A DNA stretch of 64,000 bases from Vicinamibacterales bacterium. GTDB taxonomy: Bacteria > Acidobacteriota > Vicinamibacteria > Vicinamibacterales > UBA8438. Below the pieces are notes generated by a model, which saw only the letters and a program-made list of their open reading frames with translations, was not told the origin of the DNA and did no database searches. Shown one piece after another: positions 9,232 to 18,416 of the stretch. The stretch lies in the NCBI GenBank assembly GCA_965206705.1, contig CBDBKJ010000004.1:417810-481809 (forward strand), read 5' to 3'. The stretch's first letter is position 1. Each line of letters begins with the position of its first letter. The position numbers were made by a program, and so were the translations under genes.

Positions 9232-10257
9232 GTGACCATCCAACGATACGCGGCGGCGACGTGTGCGGTGCTCGTTCTCGCGGCAGGCGTTCTCGCGCCG
9301 GTTTCGGCATACGCCCAGCCGGCGGCGACCGCGGCCGATGCCATGCCCCGGACCGCCTGGGGCGCCCCGGACCTCAACGGCGTCTGGGACTTCCGCACCC
9401 TGACGCCGTTCGAACGGCCCGATTCCCTCGCCGATCAGGCCGTGTTCACGGCCGAGGAGGCGGCTCAGTTCGAGGCCGACCGTCTCGCGGCGTTCGCGGT
9501 GCGCGACGACCAGGAGCCGGCGGACGTTGTCGGCAACTACAACCAGTTCTGGTTCGACCCGGGCAACAAGCTCAGCGAGACCCGCCAGACGTCGCTGGTG
9601 ATCGACCCGCCCGACGGCCGCGTGCCGCCCCTGTCGGCCGCCGCGACCACGAGGCAGGAGGCTCAGCGAGAGGCGCGGGCCGGCGTCAATCGCCACTCGC
9701 CGACCTACGGCGGCTGGGTCGAGGACCTCGGGGCGGGCATGTTCGCGGTCCGCTGTCTCCTCGGCTTCAATTCCGGCCCGCCGATGACCCCCGGGGGCTA
9801 CAACCAGAATCTCCAGGTGCTCCAGACGCAGGACCACGTGGTCCTGGTCAACGAGATGGTGCACAGCTCGCGGGTGATCCCGCTCGACGGCCGCGCGCAT
9901 CTCGAAGATGGGGTGCGGCAGTGGATGGGCGATTCGCGCGGCCACTGGGAGGGGGACACGCTGGTCGTGGAGACCAGGAACTTCCTGCGCGAGACCAGCT
10001 TCCGGGGCGGCGTGACCACCGCAGATCTGCACCTCGTCGAGCGGTTCACCCGGGTATCCGACGGCACGTTGATGTATCGGGTGACGGTCGACGACCCGAA
10101 CGCCTGGGATCAGCCCTGGACCTACCAGATTCCCATGACGAAGAACCCGCAGCCGCTGTTCGAGTACGCGTGCCACGAAGGCAACTACGGGCTCTACAAC
10201 ATCCTGGCCGGCGCGCGGTTGCAGGAAGACGAGGCGGATGCGGCGGCCCGCGACTGA
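9232..10257 (+). CDS. secreted protein of the uncharacterized family, paralog 2
   Basis: GTG at 9232 follows the RBS gaaggaggaagg. It has a signal peptide and the same motif series (PDLNGVWDFRTLTPFERP ... FEYACHEGNYGLYNILAGAR). Confidence 0.85.
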   Translation: MTIQRYAAATCAVLVLAAGVLAPVSAYAQPAATAADAMPRTAWGAPDLNGVWDFRTLTPFERPDSLADQAVFTAEEAAQFEADRLAAFAVRDDQEPADVVGNYNQFWFDPGNKLSETRQTSLVIDPPDGRVPPLSAAATTRQEAQREARAGVNRHSPTYGGWVEDLGAGMFAVRCLLGFNSGPPMTPGGYNQNLQVLQTQDHVVLVNEMVHSSRVIPLDGRAHLEDGVRQWMGDSRGHWEGDTLVVETRNFLRETSFRGGVTTADLHLVERFTRVSDGTLMYRVTVDDPNAWDQPWTYQIPMTKNPQPLFEYACHEGNYGLYNILAGARLQEDEADAAARD

Positions 10258-10339
10258 AGGGCCGGAACCGGCGGTGGAGCGGTTGCCGGAGCGACGACGA
10301 ACGCACTCGACAATCGTCGACGATGACAGGTGGGAATCG

Positions 10340-11248
10340 ATGCTGACGAGAAGAACCCTTCTGCTGGCGCCCTTGGCGGTTCCGCTCGCGCGGCTCGCCG
10401 GTGCGCAGTCGGCCGAGCCCGGCCGGATGCTGCTGTCGATGCACCAGAACACCTCCCGCGCCGCCGGCTATCGCGGCTCGCTCGAGGGCTGGGCGCGGGC
10501 GGGCATCCGGTACGTCGAGCTGAGTGACCGGCTGCTGTTGGACTTCCTCGCCAACGACACGCTGCCGGCGGCGCGGCGCGTCCTGACCGACGCGGGGTTG
10601 ACGCCGGTCTCCGCTGCGGTGGTGCTGCCGGACCTGTGGATTCCGGGGCCGGCCCGGGAGGCCTCGCTCGACACCTGGCGGCGCCGCTGCGAGCAGTTCG
10701 CCAGCCTGGGGCTGCAGAAGATCTACTCGCCGTCGGTGACGAATCGGCGGGTCACCGCGGACGACTTCGACGCGACCCCGGCGTGCATCCACGAGGTGGG
10801 GGAGATCACCGCCGAGTTCGACCTCACCGCGATGATCGAGTTCACGCGGACGTCGACGCACCTGTCCACGCTGACGTCGTCGCTGGCGATGATTCGGGCC
10901 GCCGCCCATCCCGCCGTCCGGCCCATGATCGACTTCTTCCACTTCTGGTCGGGTCTGAGCAAGTTCGAGGACCTCGACCTGCTCGAGCCGGGCGAGCTGG
11001 CCCATACCCACTTTCAGGACCTGCTCGATACGCCGCGGGAGCTGATCGACAACGACTCGCGGCTGATTCCCGGTGACGGCATCGCCCCCGTCGTCCGCAT
11101 CCTCGAGAAGCTGGCCGAAAAGCAGTTCACCGGCGCGCTCTCGGTCGAGCTGTTCCGGGCCGAGCTCGTGCAGGGGGACCCCTTCGAGGTGGCCACCGAG
11201 ATCCGCGGGAAGTGCGAGGCGGTGATGCGGCAGGCCCAGGTTCTGTAG
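10340..11248 (+). CDS. sugar phosphate isomerase/epimerase (xylose-isomerase-like TIM barrel) with a Tat-like signal
   Basis: MLTRRTLLLAPLAVPLARLAGA, followed by TIM-barrel AP-endonuclease-2-type sequence (..IRYVELS.., ..IEFTR.., ..HFQD.., ..LSVELF). Confidence 0.75.
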   Translation: MLTRRTLLLAPLAVPLARLAGAQSAEPGRMLLSMHQNTSRAAGYRGSLEGWARAGIRYVELSDRLLLDFLANDTLPAARRVLTDAGLTPVSAAVVLPDLWIPGPAREASLDTWRRRCEQFASLGLQKIYSPSVTNRRVTADDFDATPACIHEVGEITAEFDLTAMIEFTRTSTHLSTLTSSLAMIRAAAHPAVRPMIDFFHFWSGLSKFEDLDLLEPGELAHTHFQDLLDTPRELIDNDSRLIPGDGIAPVVRILEKLAEKQFTGALSVELFRAELVQGDPFEVATEIRGKCEAVMRQAQVL

Positions 11249-11398
11249 CGGACTCGTGGCGGGTTGGTTGGGCGGGAAGCGGTGCCGCAAGGTGGCGATT
11301 CCCGGGCGAGGAGTCCGGGCCGTAGAACGGCGCGGACTCCTGACGGATTGGTTTGGCGGGGAGCGGAGCCGCGGGGCGACGATTCCCGGGCGAGGAGG
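11249..11398 (+). repeat. intergenic repeat family, copies 2 and 3: module - 33-nt hairpin (11309-11341) - module
   Basis: gactcgtggcgggttggttgggcgggaagcggtgccgcaaggtggcgattcccgggcgaggag, then aggagtccgggccgtagaacggcgcggactcct (14 of 15 bp stem), then gactcctgacggattggtttggcggggagcggagccgcggggcgacgattcccgggcgaggag. Confidence 0.75.
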
Positions 11399-11402
11399 TG
11401 GC

Positions 11403-12356
11403 ATGCGCCGGAGGCATCACGTGAGGTGGATCGGCGTGGCCGCCGCGGTCGTTCTGGCGTCGGGGATCGGCGGACCGGCGGTCGCGCAGACCGACCGGGT
11501 CGTTCAGATGGACACCCTGAACGTCCGGGACGTCCTCTACCACCTCGGGGGCGGCGGCGGGAACGGTCTCGCCCTCATCGACGAGATCAACGGCGGCGTG
11601 GTGTTGATCGACACCAAGCCTCCCGGTTGGGGCGAGGCGGTTCGAGAGGTCGTCGAGCAGGTGACCGACCTCCCGGTGACCACCATCATCAACACCCACG
11701 CCCACGAGGAGCATGCGGGTAGCAACGCCGAGTTCCCCGGCGCGGTCACGATCGTCGCGCATGCCAACGCCCGGGCGGCGATGCTGCGCGACGGCCTGTA
11801 CGCCGAAGACGGTCCGGGGCTGCCCACGACCACGTTCACCGATCGCTTCTCGCTGCTCGAAGACCTCGATCGCATCGAGCTGTACCACTTCGGTCCCGCC
11901 CATACCGACGGAGACGTCGTGGTGGTCTTTCCCGAGAAGGGCGTTGCCTACGTGGGCGGCCTGTTTCCCACGAAGGCGGTCCCGGTCATCGATCTCGAGC
12001 GGGGCGGCAGCGGGCTGGCCTTCCCGGACGCGCTGGATCGCGCCGTCGCGGCGACCGAGGGAGTCGCCCGCGTCATCACCGGGCACGGACCGTTCCCCAC
12101 GACCTACGCGGGCCGGGGGCGCCGGGACCGGGGCGCGGCTCGCGCGTGGAGCGGGTTCCTGACCTGGGACGACCTGGCCGAGTACGCCGAGTTCACCCGG
12201 GACCTCGTGACCGCGGTCGAGCGCGAGTTCTCGGCCGGGAGCAGCGCCGGGGATGCGGCGGCGGCGCTGCAGATGCCGGATCGGTATGCCGGCTACGACC
12301 TGACGGGCCTGCAGGCCGCCGTGGATGCGCTGTACGCCGAGCTGGCCGCGCGCTGA
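11403..12356 (+). CDS. secreted MBL-fold metallo-hydrolase
   Basis: The signal MRRRHHVRWIGVAAAVVLASG is followed by LIDTKPPGW and the metal motif NTHAHEEHAG, then HTDGD. Confidence 0.8.
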   Translation: MRRRHHVRWIGVAAAVVLASGIGGPAVAQTDRVVQMDTLNVRDVLYHLGGGGGNGLALIDEINGGVVLIDTKPPGWGEAVREVVEQVTDLPVTTIINTHAHEEHAGSNAEFPGAVTIVAHANARAAMLRDGLYAEDGPGLPTTTFTDRFSLLEDLDRIELYHFGPAHTDGDVVVVFPEKGVAYVGGLFPTKAVPVIDLERGGSGLAFPDALDRAVAATEGVARVITGHGPFPTTYAGRGRRDRGAARAWSGFLTWDDLAEYAEFTRDLVTAVEREFSAGSSAGDAAAALQMPDRYAGYDLTGLQAAVDALYAELAAR

Positions 12357-12427
12357 CCGACCCGGCTTTCGTTCTTCTCGCGGACGCGCAACGGTTCACG
12401 CAAGCCTTCGATTGGGGATACGCACGC

Positions 12428-13771
12428 ATGACAAGCTCGAAACTGACCGCGGCGCTGGCCTGTGCGGCCTGCCTGGCCGGGGGCGCGGCAGAGGTGGCCG
12501 CCGACGACTGGCCCGAGTTCCGCGGGGCAGGGCGCCTCGGGGTGTGGACCGAGACCGGGATCGTCCGCGCGTTTCCGGACGACGGTCTCAAGGTGCGCTG
12601 GCGCACCCCGATCAAGGCCGGCTACTCCGGACCGTCGGTCGTCGACGGCCGCGTGTTCATCACCGACTGGGAGCCGCAGCAGGGCATGCGCGGGGTCGAG
12701 CGGGCGCTCGCCCTCGACGAGGCGACGGGCGAGATACTGTGGACGCAGACCTGGGAAGCGGACTACGCGGGCATCCAATGGGAGATCGGACCGGGAGCGA
12801 CGCCGACCGTCGACGGCGACCGGGTCTACTTCCTGGGCCGCACCGGCATGCTGTCGGCCCTGGCCGCCGACACCGGCGAGATCCTCTGGCGGAAGCACTA
12901 TGGCGAGGACTACGGCGTCGACCGCATGCAGTGGGGCTTCGATTGGGGCTTCGCCAGCGCCCCGCTCGTCGACGGCGAGCGGCTCATCTGCCTGGTCGGC
13001 GCCTCGCCGGACGCCCGGGTCGTCGCCTTCGACAAGATGACGGGGGAAGAGCTGTGGCGGGCCCTGCCGAGCGAGGCGGATCTCGGGGTGGCGCAGCCCA
13101 TCATCATCGAGGCGGGCGGGGCCCGGCAGCTCATCGTCTGGAACCCCGAGGAGGTCGCCTCGCTCGACCCGGTGACCGGAGAGACCTATTGGCGGCAGCC
13201 GTACATCGTGGGCGGCGCGATGACCGTGGCGGTGCCGGTGCAGGTGGGCGCCAGGCTCTTCTTCACCACGTTCTACGACGGTCCGATGATGCTGACCCTC
13301 AACCAGGACCGTCCGGGGGCGACCATCGCCTGGAAGGGCGGCAGCAACAGCGAGATCCGTACCGAGGGCCTGCACGCGGTGCTTGCCACGCCGATCATCG
13401 ACGGCGGCTACATCTACGGCATCTGCAGCTACGGCCAGCTCCGGTGCCTGGACGCGGAGACCGGCGAGCGCATCTGGGAGACCCAGGAGGCCACGGTGGA
13501 ACGCCGCCGCTGGGTCTCCGGGTTCATGGTCAAGAACCGGGACCGCGTATTCATCAACAACGACCGGGGCGAGCTGATCATCGCCGCGCTGAGCCCCGCC
13601 GGCTACGAGGAGATCAGCCGCACCCAATTGATTGCACCGACCTCCGCCCCCGGCAATCGGCGGGAGCTGCGCAGCGTCAGCTGGGTCCATCCCGCCTACG
13701 CCAACCGGCATGTCTACACCCGGAACGACGAGGAGATCGTCAGTTTTTCGCTGGATGCGGCCGACTACTGA
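12428..13771 (+). CDS. secreted PQQ-like beta-propeller repeat protein
   Basis: ATG at 12428. Signal LTAALACAACLAGGAAEVAA, then DWPEFRG. Contains repeated ..G..LW.. blades (ATGEILWTQTW, DTGEILWRKHY, MTGEELWRAL, VTGETYWRQPY, ETGERIWETQ). Confidence 0.8.
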   Translation: MTSSKLTAALACAACLAGGAAEVAADDWPEFRGAGRLGVWTETGIVRAFPDDGLKVRWRTPIKAGYSGPSVVDGRVFITDWEPQQGMRGVERALALDEATGEILWTQTWEADYAGIQWEIGPGATPTVDGDRVYFLGRTGMLSALAADTGEILWRKHYGEDYGVDRMQWGFDWGFASAPLVDGERLICLVGASPDARVVAFDKMTGEELWRALPSEADLGVAQPIIIEAGGARQLIVWNPEEVASLDPVTGETYWRQPYIVGGAMTVAVPVQVGARLFFTTFYDGPMMLTLNQDRPGATIAWKGGSNSEIRTEGLHAVLATPIIDGGYIYGICSYGQLRCLDAETGERIWETQEATVERRRWVSGFMVKNRDRVFINNDRGELIIAALSPAGYEEISRTQLIAPTSAPGNRRELRSVSWVHPAYANRHVYTRNDEEIVSFSLDAADY

Positions 13772-13871
13772 AGCGGTGGGTGTCCGCACCGACGGGGCCC
13801 GCGGCGTCTTGCGCCCGGTCGGGGAAGTGGACCATCATGCATGTGTCGTGCAGGTGGACGAGGAGAGTGAG

Positions 13872-14924
13872 ATGAACCATCGATATCGCGCTGGGACGGG
13901 TCGGGCGATCGTGATCGCGGTCGCTTTCGGAATGCTGGCGCCGGCCGTCGCGGCCGGGCAGGCCGCGGACGAGTCCGTGCCGCGGACGGCGTGGGGCGCG
14001 CCCGATTTGCAGGGCGTGTGGGACTTCCGCTCCATCACGCCGATGGAACGTCCCGACGAGCTGGCGGACCAGGCGTTTCTGACCGAGGAGGAGGCCGCGA
14101 ACCTGGAGCAGGAGACCGTGGCCCGCAACGAAGACCTCCTGAGTCGTCCCGCCGTGAGAACGACGGTCACCGCGAGCGTGGATCGCGGGGAGGAAGGCGC
14201 CCCCGGCTTCTACAACAACTTCTGGCTCGACCGGGGCACCACCATCGTCGACACCCGGCGCACGTCGCTGGTCGTCGACCCGCCGGACGGGAAGATCCCG
14301 GCGCTGGTGTCCGAGGCGGCCGAGCGGCAGGCGCGGTTGCGCGCGGCGCGGGATGGCGTCGCCAACCACGAGCCGACGCCGGGCGGCTGGGTCGAGGACC
14401 TCGGGGCCAACGGTCTGCAGCTGCGCTGCATCACCGGCTTCAACGCCGGCCCGCCGATGACACCGGGCGGCTACAACAACAACGTGCAGATCTTCCAGAC
14501 CCCCGGCCACGTGGTCCTCCTCAACGAGATGAACCACAACGCGCGCGTCGTCCCCCTGGACGGGCGTCCCGCCATCGACATCCCGCAGTGGACCGGGGAC
14601 TCGCGCGGCCACTGGGAGGGAGACACCCTGGTCGTCGAGACCGGCAACTTCCTGCGCGAGACGAGCTTCCGGTCGGGGTCGGCCGACGCGAACCTGCGTC
14701 TCACCGAGCGCTTTACGCGGGTGTCCCCGCAGGTCCTGATGTACGAGGCGACCATCGACGACCCCACCGTGTGGTCGAGGCCGTGGACCTACGAGGTGCC
14801 GATGGTGTGGAACGACCAGCCGGTCTTCGAGTACGCCTGTCACGAGGGCAACTACGGCCTGTACAACATCCTCGCCGGTGCGCGGGTGGCGGAAGCGGCC
14901 GCCGCGGCCGAGGCGGCGAAGTAG
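13872..14924 (+). CDS. secreted protein of the uncharacterized family, paralog 3
   Basis: ATG at 13872 (MNHRYRAGTGRAIVIAVAFGMLAPAVAAGQ), with the same motif series ending in FEYACHEGNYGLYNILAGAR. Confidence 0.85.
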   Translation: MNHRYRAGTGRAIVIAVAFGMLAPAVAAGQAADESVPRTAWGAPDLQGVWDFRSITPMERPDELADQAFLTEEEAANLEQETVARNEDLLSRPAVRTTVTASVDRGEEGAPGFYNNFWLDRGTTIVDTRRTSLVVDPPDGKIPALVSEAAERQARLRAARDGVANHEPTPGGWVEDLGANGLQLRCITGFNAGPPMTPGGYNNNVQIFQTPGHVVLLNEMNHNARVVPLDGRPAIDIPQWTGDSRGHWEGDTLVVETGNFLRETSFRSGSADANLRLTERFTRVSPQVLMYEATIDDPTVWSRPWTYEVPMVWNDQPVFEYACHEGNYGLYNILAGARVAEAAAAAEAAK

Positions 14925-15011
14925 GTCGGTTTGCAACTGAAGCCGTTTGAATCCCCCCTGAGCGGCCCCGGTGTACGGGTAGCCGCTCATTCTCATCGAG
15001 GTGCAAGGACC

Positions 15012-16028
15012 ATGATCATTCGAACAGTCGCCGTGCTCGCGGGCAGCGCCGTGCTCGCGCTGTCGCTCTCGACCCCGGCCGCCGCCCAGTCGGGAACCGA
15101 GACCTCCGCCATGCGCACCGCCGACGGGCACCCCAACCTCAGCGGTATCTGGGATTTTCGGACCGTGACCCCGCTGGAGCGCCCGGAAGAGTTCGCCGAG
15201 CAGGAGTTCCTCTCCGAGGAGGAGGTGGCCTCGTATGCCGCCGAAAGGGTGCAGTCGAGCAACGCCGACCGGGATCGGGAGGCCAGGAAGCTGGAGACGA
15301 CGGACCGGGGACTGGTGAACGGCACGCGCGAGAGCCGCGACCTCGCCCTCGCCTACAACGATTTCTGGTGGGACCGCGGCGACTCCGTCGTCGAGACCCG
15401 CCGGACCTCCCTGGTCGTCGATCCCCCGAACGGCCGGGTGCCGGCGTTGACGGACGCGGGGGCGGCCCGGGCCGCGGAACGCCTGCGCATCAACCAGCGG
15501 CCGACCGAGGGCCCCGAAGATCGCCCGCTCGGCGAGCGGTGCATCACCGGCTTCAATTCGGGACCGCCGATGCTGCCGGCCGCCTACAACATGAACGTCC
15601 AGATCTTCCAGACCGCCGATCACGTCGTGCTGCTCAACGAGATGGTGCACAACGCCCGGATCATCCCCCTCGACGGCAGTGACCATGGTGCCGTGCCCTT
15701 GTGGACCGGCGACTCCCGCGGCCATTGGGACGGGGACACCCTGGTCGTCGAGACCAGGAACTTCCTGCGGGAGACCAGCTTCCGGAACTCGAGCAGGAAC
15801 CTCCACCTCGTCGAACGGTTCCGGCGCATGAGCGAGGACGTGCTGCTCTACAGCTTCACGGTGACGGACCCGACGACGTGGGCCCGGCCGTGGTCGGTGG
15901 AGCTGCCGATGCGCCAGAGCGATCTCCCGATATTCGAGTACGCGTGCCACGAGGGCAACTACGGCATGGACGGCACGCTGACCGGGGCTCGGGCGATCGA
16001 GAAGGCGGCGGCGAACGATGGGCAGTAG
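15012..16028 (+). CDS. secreted protein of the uncharacterized family, paralog 4
   Basis: ATG at 15012 (MIIRTVAVLAGSAVLALSLSTPAAAQ). Motifs include PNLSGIWDFRTVTPLERP, RTSLVVDPPNGRVPAL, ERCITGFNSGPPM and FEYACHEGNYGMDGTLTGAR. Confidence 0.85.
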   Translation: MIIRTVAVLAGSAVLALSLSTPAAAQSGTETSAMRTADGHPNLSGIWDFRTVTPLERPEEFAEQEFLSEEEVASYAAERVQSSNADRDREARKLETTDRGLVNGTRESRDLALAYNDFWWDRGDSVVETRRTSLVVDPPNGRVPALTDAGAARAAERLRINQRPTEGPEDRPLGERCITGFNSGPPMLPAAYNMNVQIFQTADHVVLLNEMVHNARIIPLDGSDHGAVPLWTGDSRGHWDGDTLVVETRNFLRETSFRNSSRNLHLVERFRRMSEDVLLYSFTVTDPTTWARPWSVELPMRQSDLPIFEYACHEGNYGMDGTLTGARAIEKAAANDGQ

Positions 16029-16359
16029 GGTCGACTGGTACTACCACCGATCCGGTTGAACGAGCTGCGCAAGAGCCTCCAGGTTCCTGGAAGCCAACGG
16101 GATCGACGTCGCGGAACGGGTGCCCGCGAGCCGCAAGCTCGACCGGTCGGACGCCCGCGAGCTGGCAGCGGCGGCGTCGCGCGTCATCGTGGCCAAGGGC
16201 CGGAAGGTCCAGCGCTTCGAGCCGCGCGGCGCCCCCGACGACGCGGTGCTCGACGCGATGGTCGGGGCTACCGGCAACCTGCGGGCGCCGCTCCTGCGGG
16301 TCGGCAAGACCCTGCTGGTCGGTTTCGACGCCGACAGCTACGCCGGCGTGCTCGGCTGA
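16018..16359 (+). CDS. ArsC/Spx/YffB-family thioredoxin-fold protein with an in-frame TGA (16057-16059) at the CxxC position; candidate selenoprotein (UxxC)
   Basis: From ATG 16018 the frame reads MGSRVDWYYHRSG-TGA-TSCARASRFLEANGIDVAERVPASRKLD... and continues into tracked ORF 16120..16359 (..VAKGRKVQRFEPRG..GNLRAPLLRVGKTLLVGFD). The 113-codon length fits the family. A weak SD (gaagg) lies 12 nt upstream of the ATG. Confidence 0.6.
16075..16094 (+). promoter_or_regulatory. SECIS-like hairpin downstream of the in-frame UGA
   Basis: GCCUCCAG[GUUC]CUGGAAGC forms a 5-bp upper stem, a C.A mismatch and 2 more bp. The apical loop starts with G-U. The hairpin base is 16 nt and the loop about 24-26 nt from the UGA. 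Confidence 0.45.
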
Positions 16360-16413
16360 GCACCGGCCGCCGCAGCGCGGTTGACATCACGTCGGCCTCT
16401 GCCTGAGGAGCCC

Positions 16414-17070
16414 GTGGCGAAGTCCCGCGCGGCGACGGCCCTTTGCCGCCGGCTCTTCCCGGCCGTGGTTCTCTGTGGCGCGTTCGCCGGCTGTCGGTTC
16501 GATTCGGGCCCGGCGGCTGGCGGCCCCACCAATCCGGCGCCGGCCGCCGATTCGGCCTTGGCCGCTGTTCCTGCGCCGCAGACAGCCGACTCACGACCGA
16601 TTGAGGGTCCGGAGGGCAACGCTGTCCCCGATGGGCGCGCCGACGTGCCCGAGTCGAGCCGCCCGATTGTCTACCACATCGTGAAGGGCGCCCGTTTCTT
16701 CGACATCCTCGTCGCTCGCATCGGCAACCGCGAGCACGTCGTGCTCGGGGAGACGGACGACATGTGTCTCGATCTCCCGGACCAGCGCGACTTCGACGGC
16801 GACGGCAACCAGGACGCCCTGGTGTTCCGGAGTCCCGCCTGCCGGGGCGACGCGGCCCCCGGCCTGCTCTTCTTCGTGTCCGGCGACATCGCCTTTCGCC
16901 GCTCCAACCCGTTTCCCGGGCATCGCCCCCGCATCGAGCGGTGGAACGGAGGCTGGAGCGTTCTAACCGGCGCGGCCCGGCACGTGTTGCGGGACGGGCG
17001 CGCGGTACCGGTCGAGCGGATCGAGCCCGCGGGGGCGCAGGCACAGGCGCCCCGTCAATCTCGTCGTTGA
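16414..17070 (+). CDS. hypothetical lipoprotein
   Basis: GTG at 16414 follows the RBS gaggag. It has the lipobox-like sequence VVLCGAFAGC and an FG-GAP-like DFDGDGNQD motif. No confident family assignment. Confidence 0.6.
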   Translation: MAKSRAATALCRRLFPAVVLCGAFAGCRFDSGPAAGGPTNPAPAADSALAAVPAPQTADSRPIEGPEGNAVPDGRADVPESSRPIVYHIVKGARFFDILVARIGNREHVVLGETDDMCLDLPDQRDFDGDGNQDALVFRSPACRGDAAPGLLFFVSGDIAFRRSNPFPGHRPRIERWNGGWSVLTGAARHVLRDGRAVPVERIEPAGAQAQAPRQSRR

Positions 17071-17201
17071 CACGGCCAGCCGGTGTCAGGCATGTTGTCG
17101 AGTTGGCGCGCTGATTCGCCGGCTGGCGGCTGGTCGATACGATGTCCGGTGTTGACGGGCGAGCCCGCGCTTTGTCATCCTGCAGGCCCGTTGTATTCGC
17201 C

Positions 17202-18416
17202 ATGACTCCGTCTTCCACCGCGGCGCAGGCCCTGAGCGCCCGGCGCCCGGCCGAGGCGGTGGCCGCTCCGGGGCGGCACTTCCTCGTGGGGTGGACGGCG
17301 TCGTGGCTCGCGGTCGGCGTCGTGTTCGCGGCCGGCGTGTCGTTCGGGGCCGGCGCCGACCTCGGCCCCGTCCTGCGGCTGAGCGTGCTGTTCGCCGAGG
17401 TCGTCGGATACAGCGCGTACATCTCGGCGCGGCTCGTGTTCCCGCTCCTGGCGCGGTTGCCGGGGGCGCTGCGCCTGGCGCTCGACGCGTTGATCGTGGT
17501 GTCGGGCACGATCTTCGGCTCGATCCTCGTCATCCTCGTCGATCCCTTCTACGTTCTCGCGCAGCCCCGGGCCGCCCTCCTCCTCGTCGCGTTCAACGCG
17601 GTGCTCGCGGCGGGGGTCGCGGTGGCCCTCGGCGCCTACGACCGGATGCGCCGCCAGATCGAGGCGTCCTACCGCATCCTCCGGGAACGGGACGCGCTCG
17701 AGCGCGAGCTGACCGTGGCCCGCGAGGTGCAGCGCGAGCTGCTGCCGCGTGAAGCGCCCCCCATCCCGGGGCTGGAGCTGGCGGGGGTCTGCCGGCCCGC
17801 CATCGCGGTGGGCGGCGACTACTACGACTACCTGCTGGACGGGGACGGCCGGCTGGGTCTGGTCATCGCTGACGTGTCCGGCAAGGGGGTGCCCGCGGCC
17901 CTCCTCATGGCGAGCCTGCAGGCTTCCATGCGCAGCCGCTTCCCCACCGCGGGGACGCCGGGATCGCTCGCGGCGGGTCTGAACGAGGCGCTGTTCGGCG
18001 CGTCCTCCGCCGCGCGCTACGCCACCGCGTTTCTCGCCACCTTCGATCGCGAAACCCGCCGCATGTCCTACACCAACGCCGGGCACCTGCCGGCGATCCT
18101 CGTCCGGGAGGGCGACACCGAGCGTTGCGAGGATGGCGGCATGCCCATCGGGTTGTTCGAGGGCGCGGCCTACGAGACCGGCGCCCTGACCCTGGCCCCG
18201 GGAGACCTGCTGGCGCTGTTCACCGACGGCGTGACCGAGTCGCCGGCGCCGGACGGCGAAGAGTTCGGGGCGGCGAGGCTCGCCGATCTGCTGCGCGCCC
18301 ACCGCGCGCGTCCCCTCGAGGCGGTCATCGACACCGTGTTCGACGCCCTCCTGCAGTGGAGCGGCCCCGTCGACGCCCACGACGACGTTACCCTCGTCCT
18401 CGCGAGGGTGCGGTGA
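17202..18416 (+). CDS. membrane-anchored PP2C-family (SpoIIE/RsbU-type) serine phosphatase
   Basis: Has N-terminal TM helices, then LPREAP..GLELAGVCRPAIAVGGDYYDY..VIADVSGKGVPAALLMA..DGVTE..DDVTLV. The start is uncertain (ATG 17142 or 17202). Confidence 0.8.
   Translation: MTPSSTAAQALSARRPAEAVAAPGRHFLVGWTASWLAVGVVFAAGVSFGAGADLGPVLRLSVLFAEVVGYSAYISARLVFPLLARLPGALRLALDALIVVSGTIFGSILVILVDPFYVLAQPRAALLLVAFNAVLAAGVAVALGAYDRMRRQIEASYRILRERDALERELTVAREVQRELLPREAPPIPGLELAGVCRPAIAVGGDYYDYLLDGDGRLGLVIADVSGKGVPAALLMASLQASMRSRFPTAGTPGSLAAGLNEALFGASSAARYATAFLATFDRETRRMSYTNAGHLPAILVREGDTERCEDGGMPIGLFEGAAYETGALTLAPGDLLALFTDGVTESPAPDGEEFGAARLADLLRAHRARPLEAVIDTVFDALLQWSGPVDAHDDVTLVLARVR

Noticed and set aside
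16120-16359. Annotating the ArsC-like gene as the stand-alone 79-aa ORF given in the track (GTG start).
   Set aside because: That model removes the beta1-CxxC-alpha1 part that defines the fold, while the upstream 102 nt encode exactly that part in the same frame with a single TGA. A truncated pseudogene cannot be fully excluded, so confidence is kept moderate.
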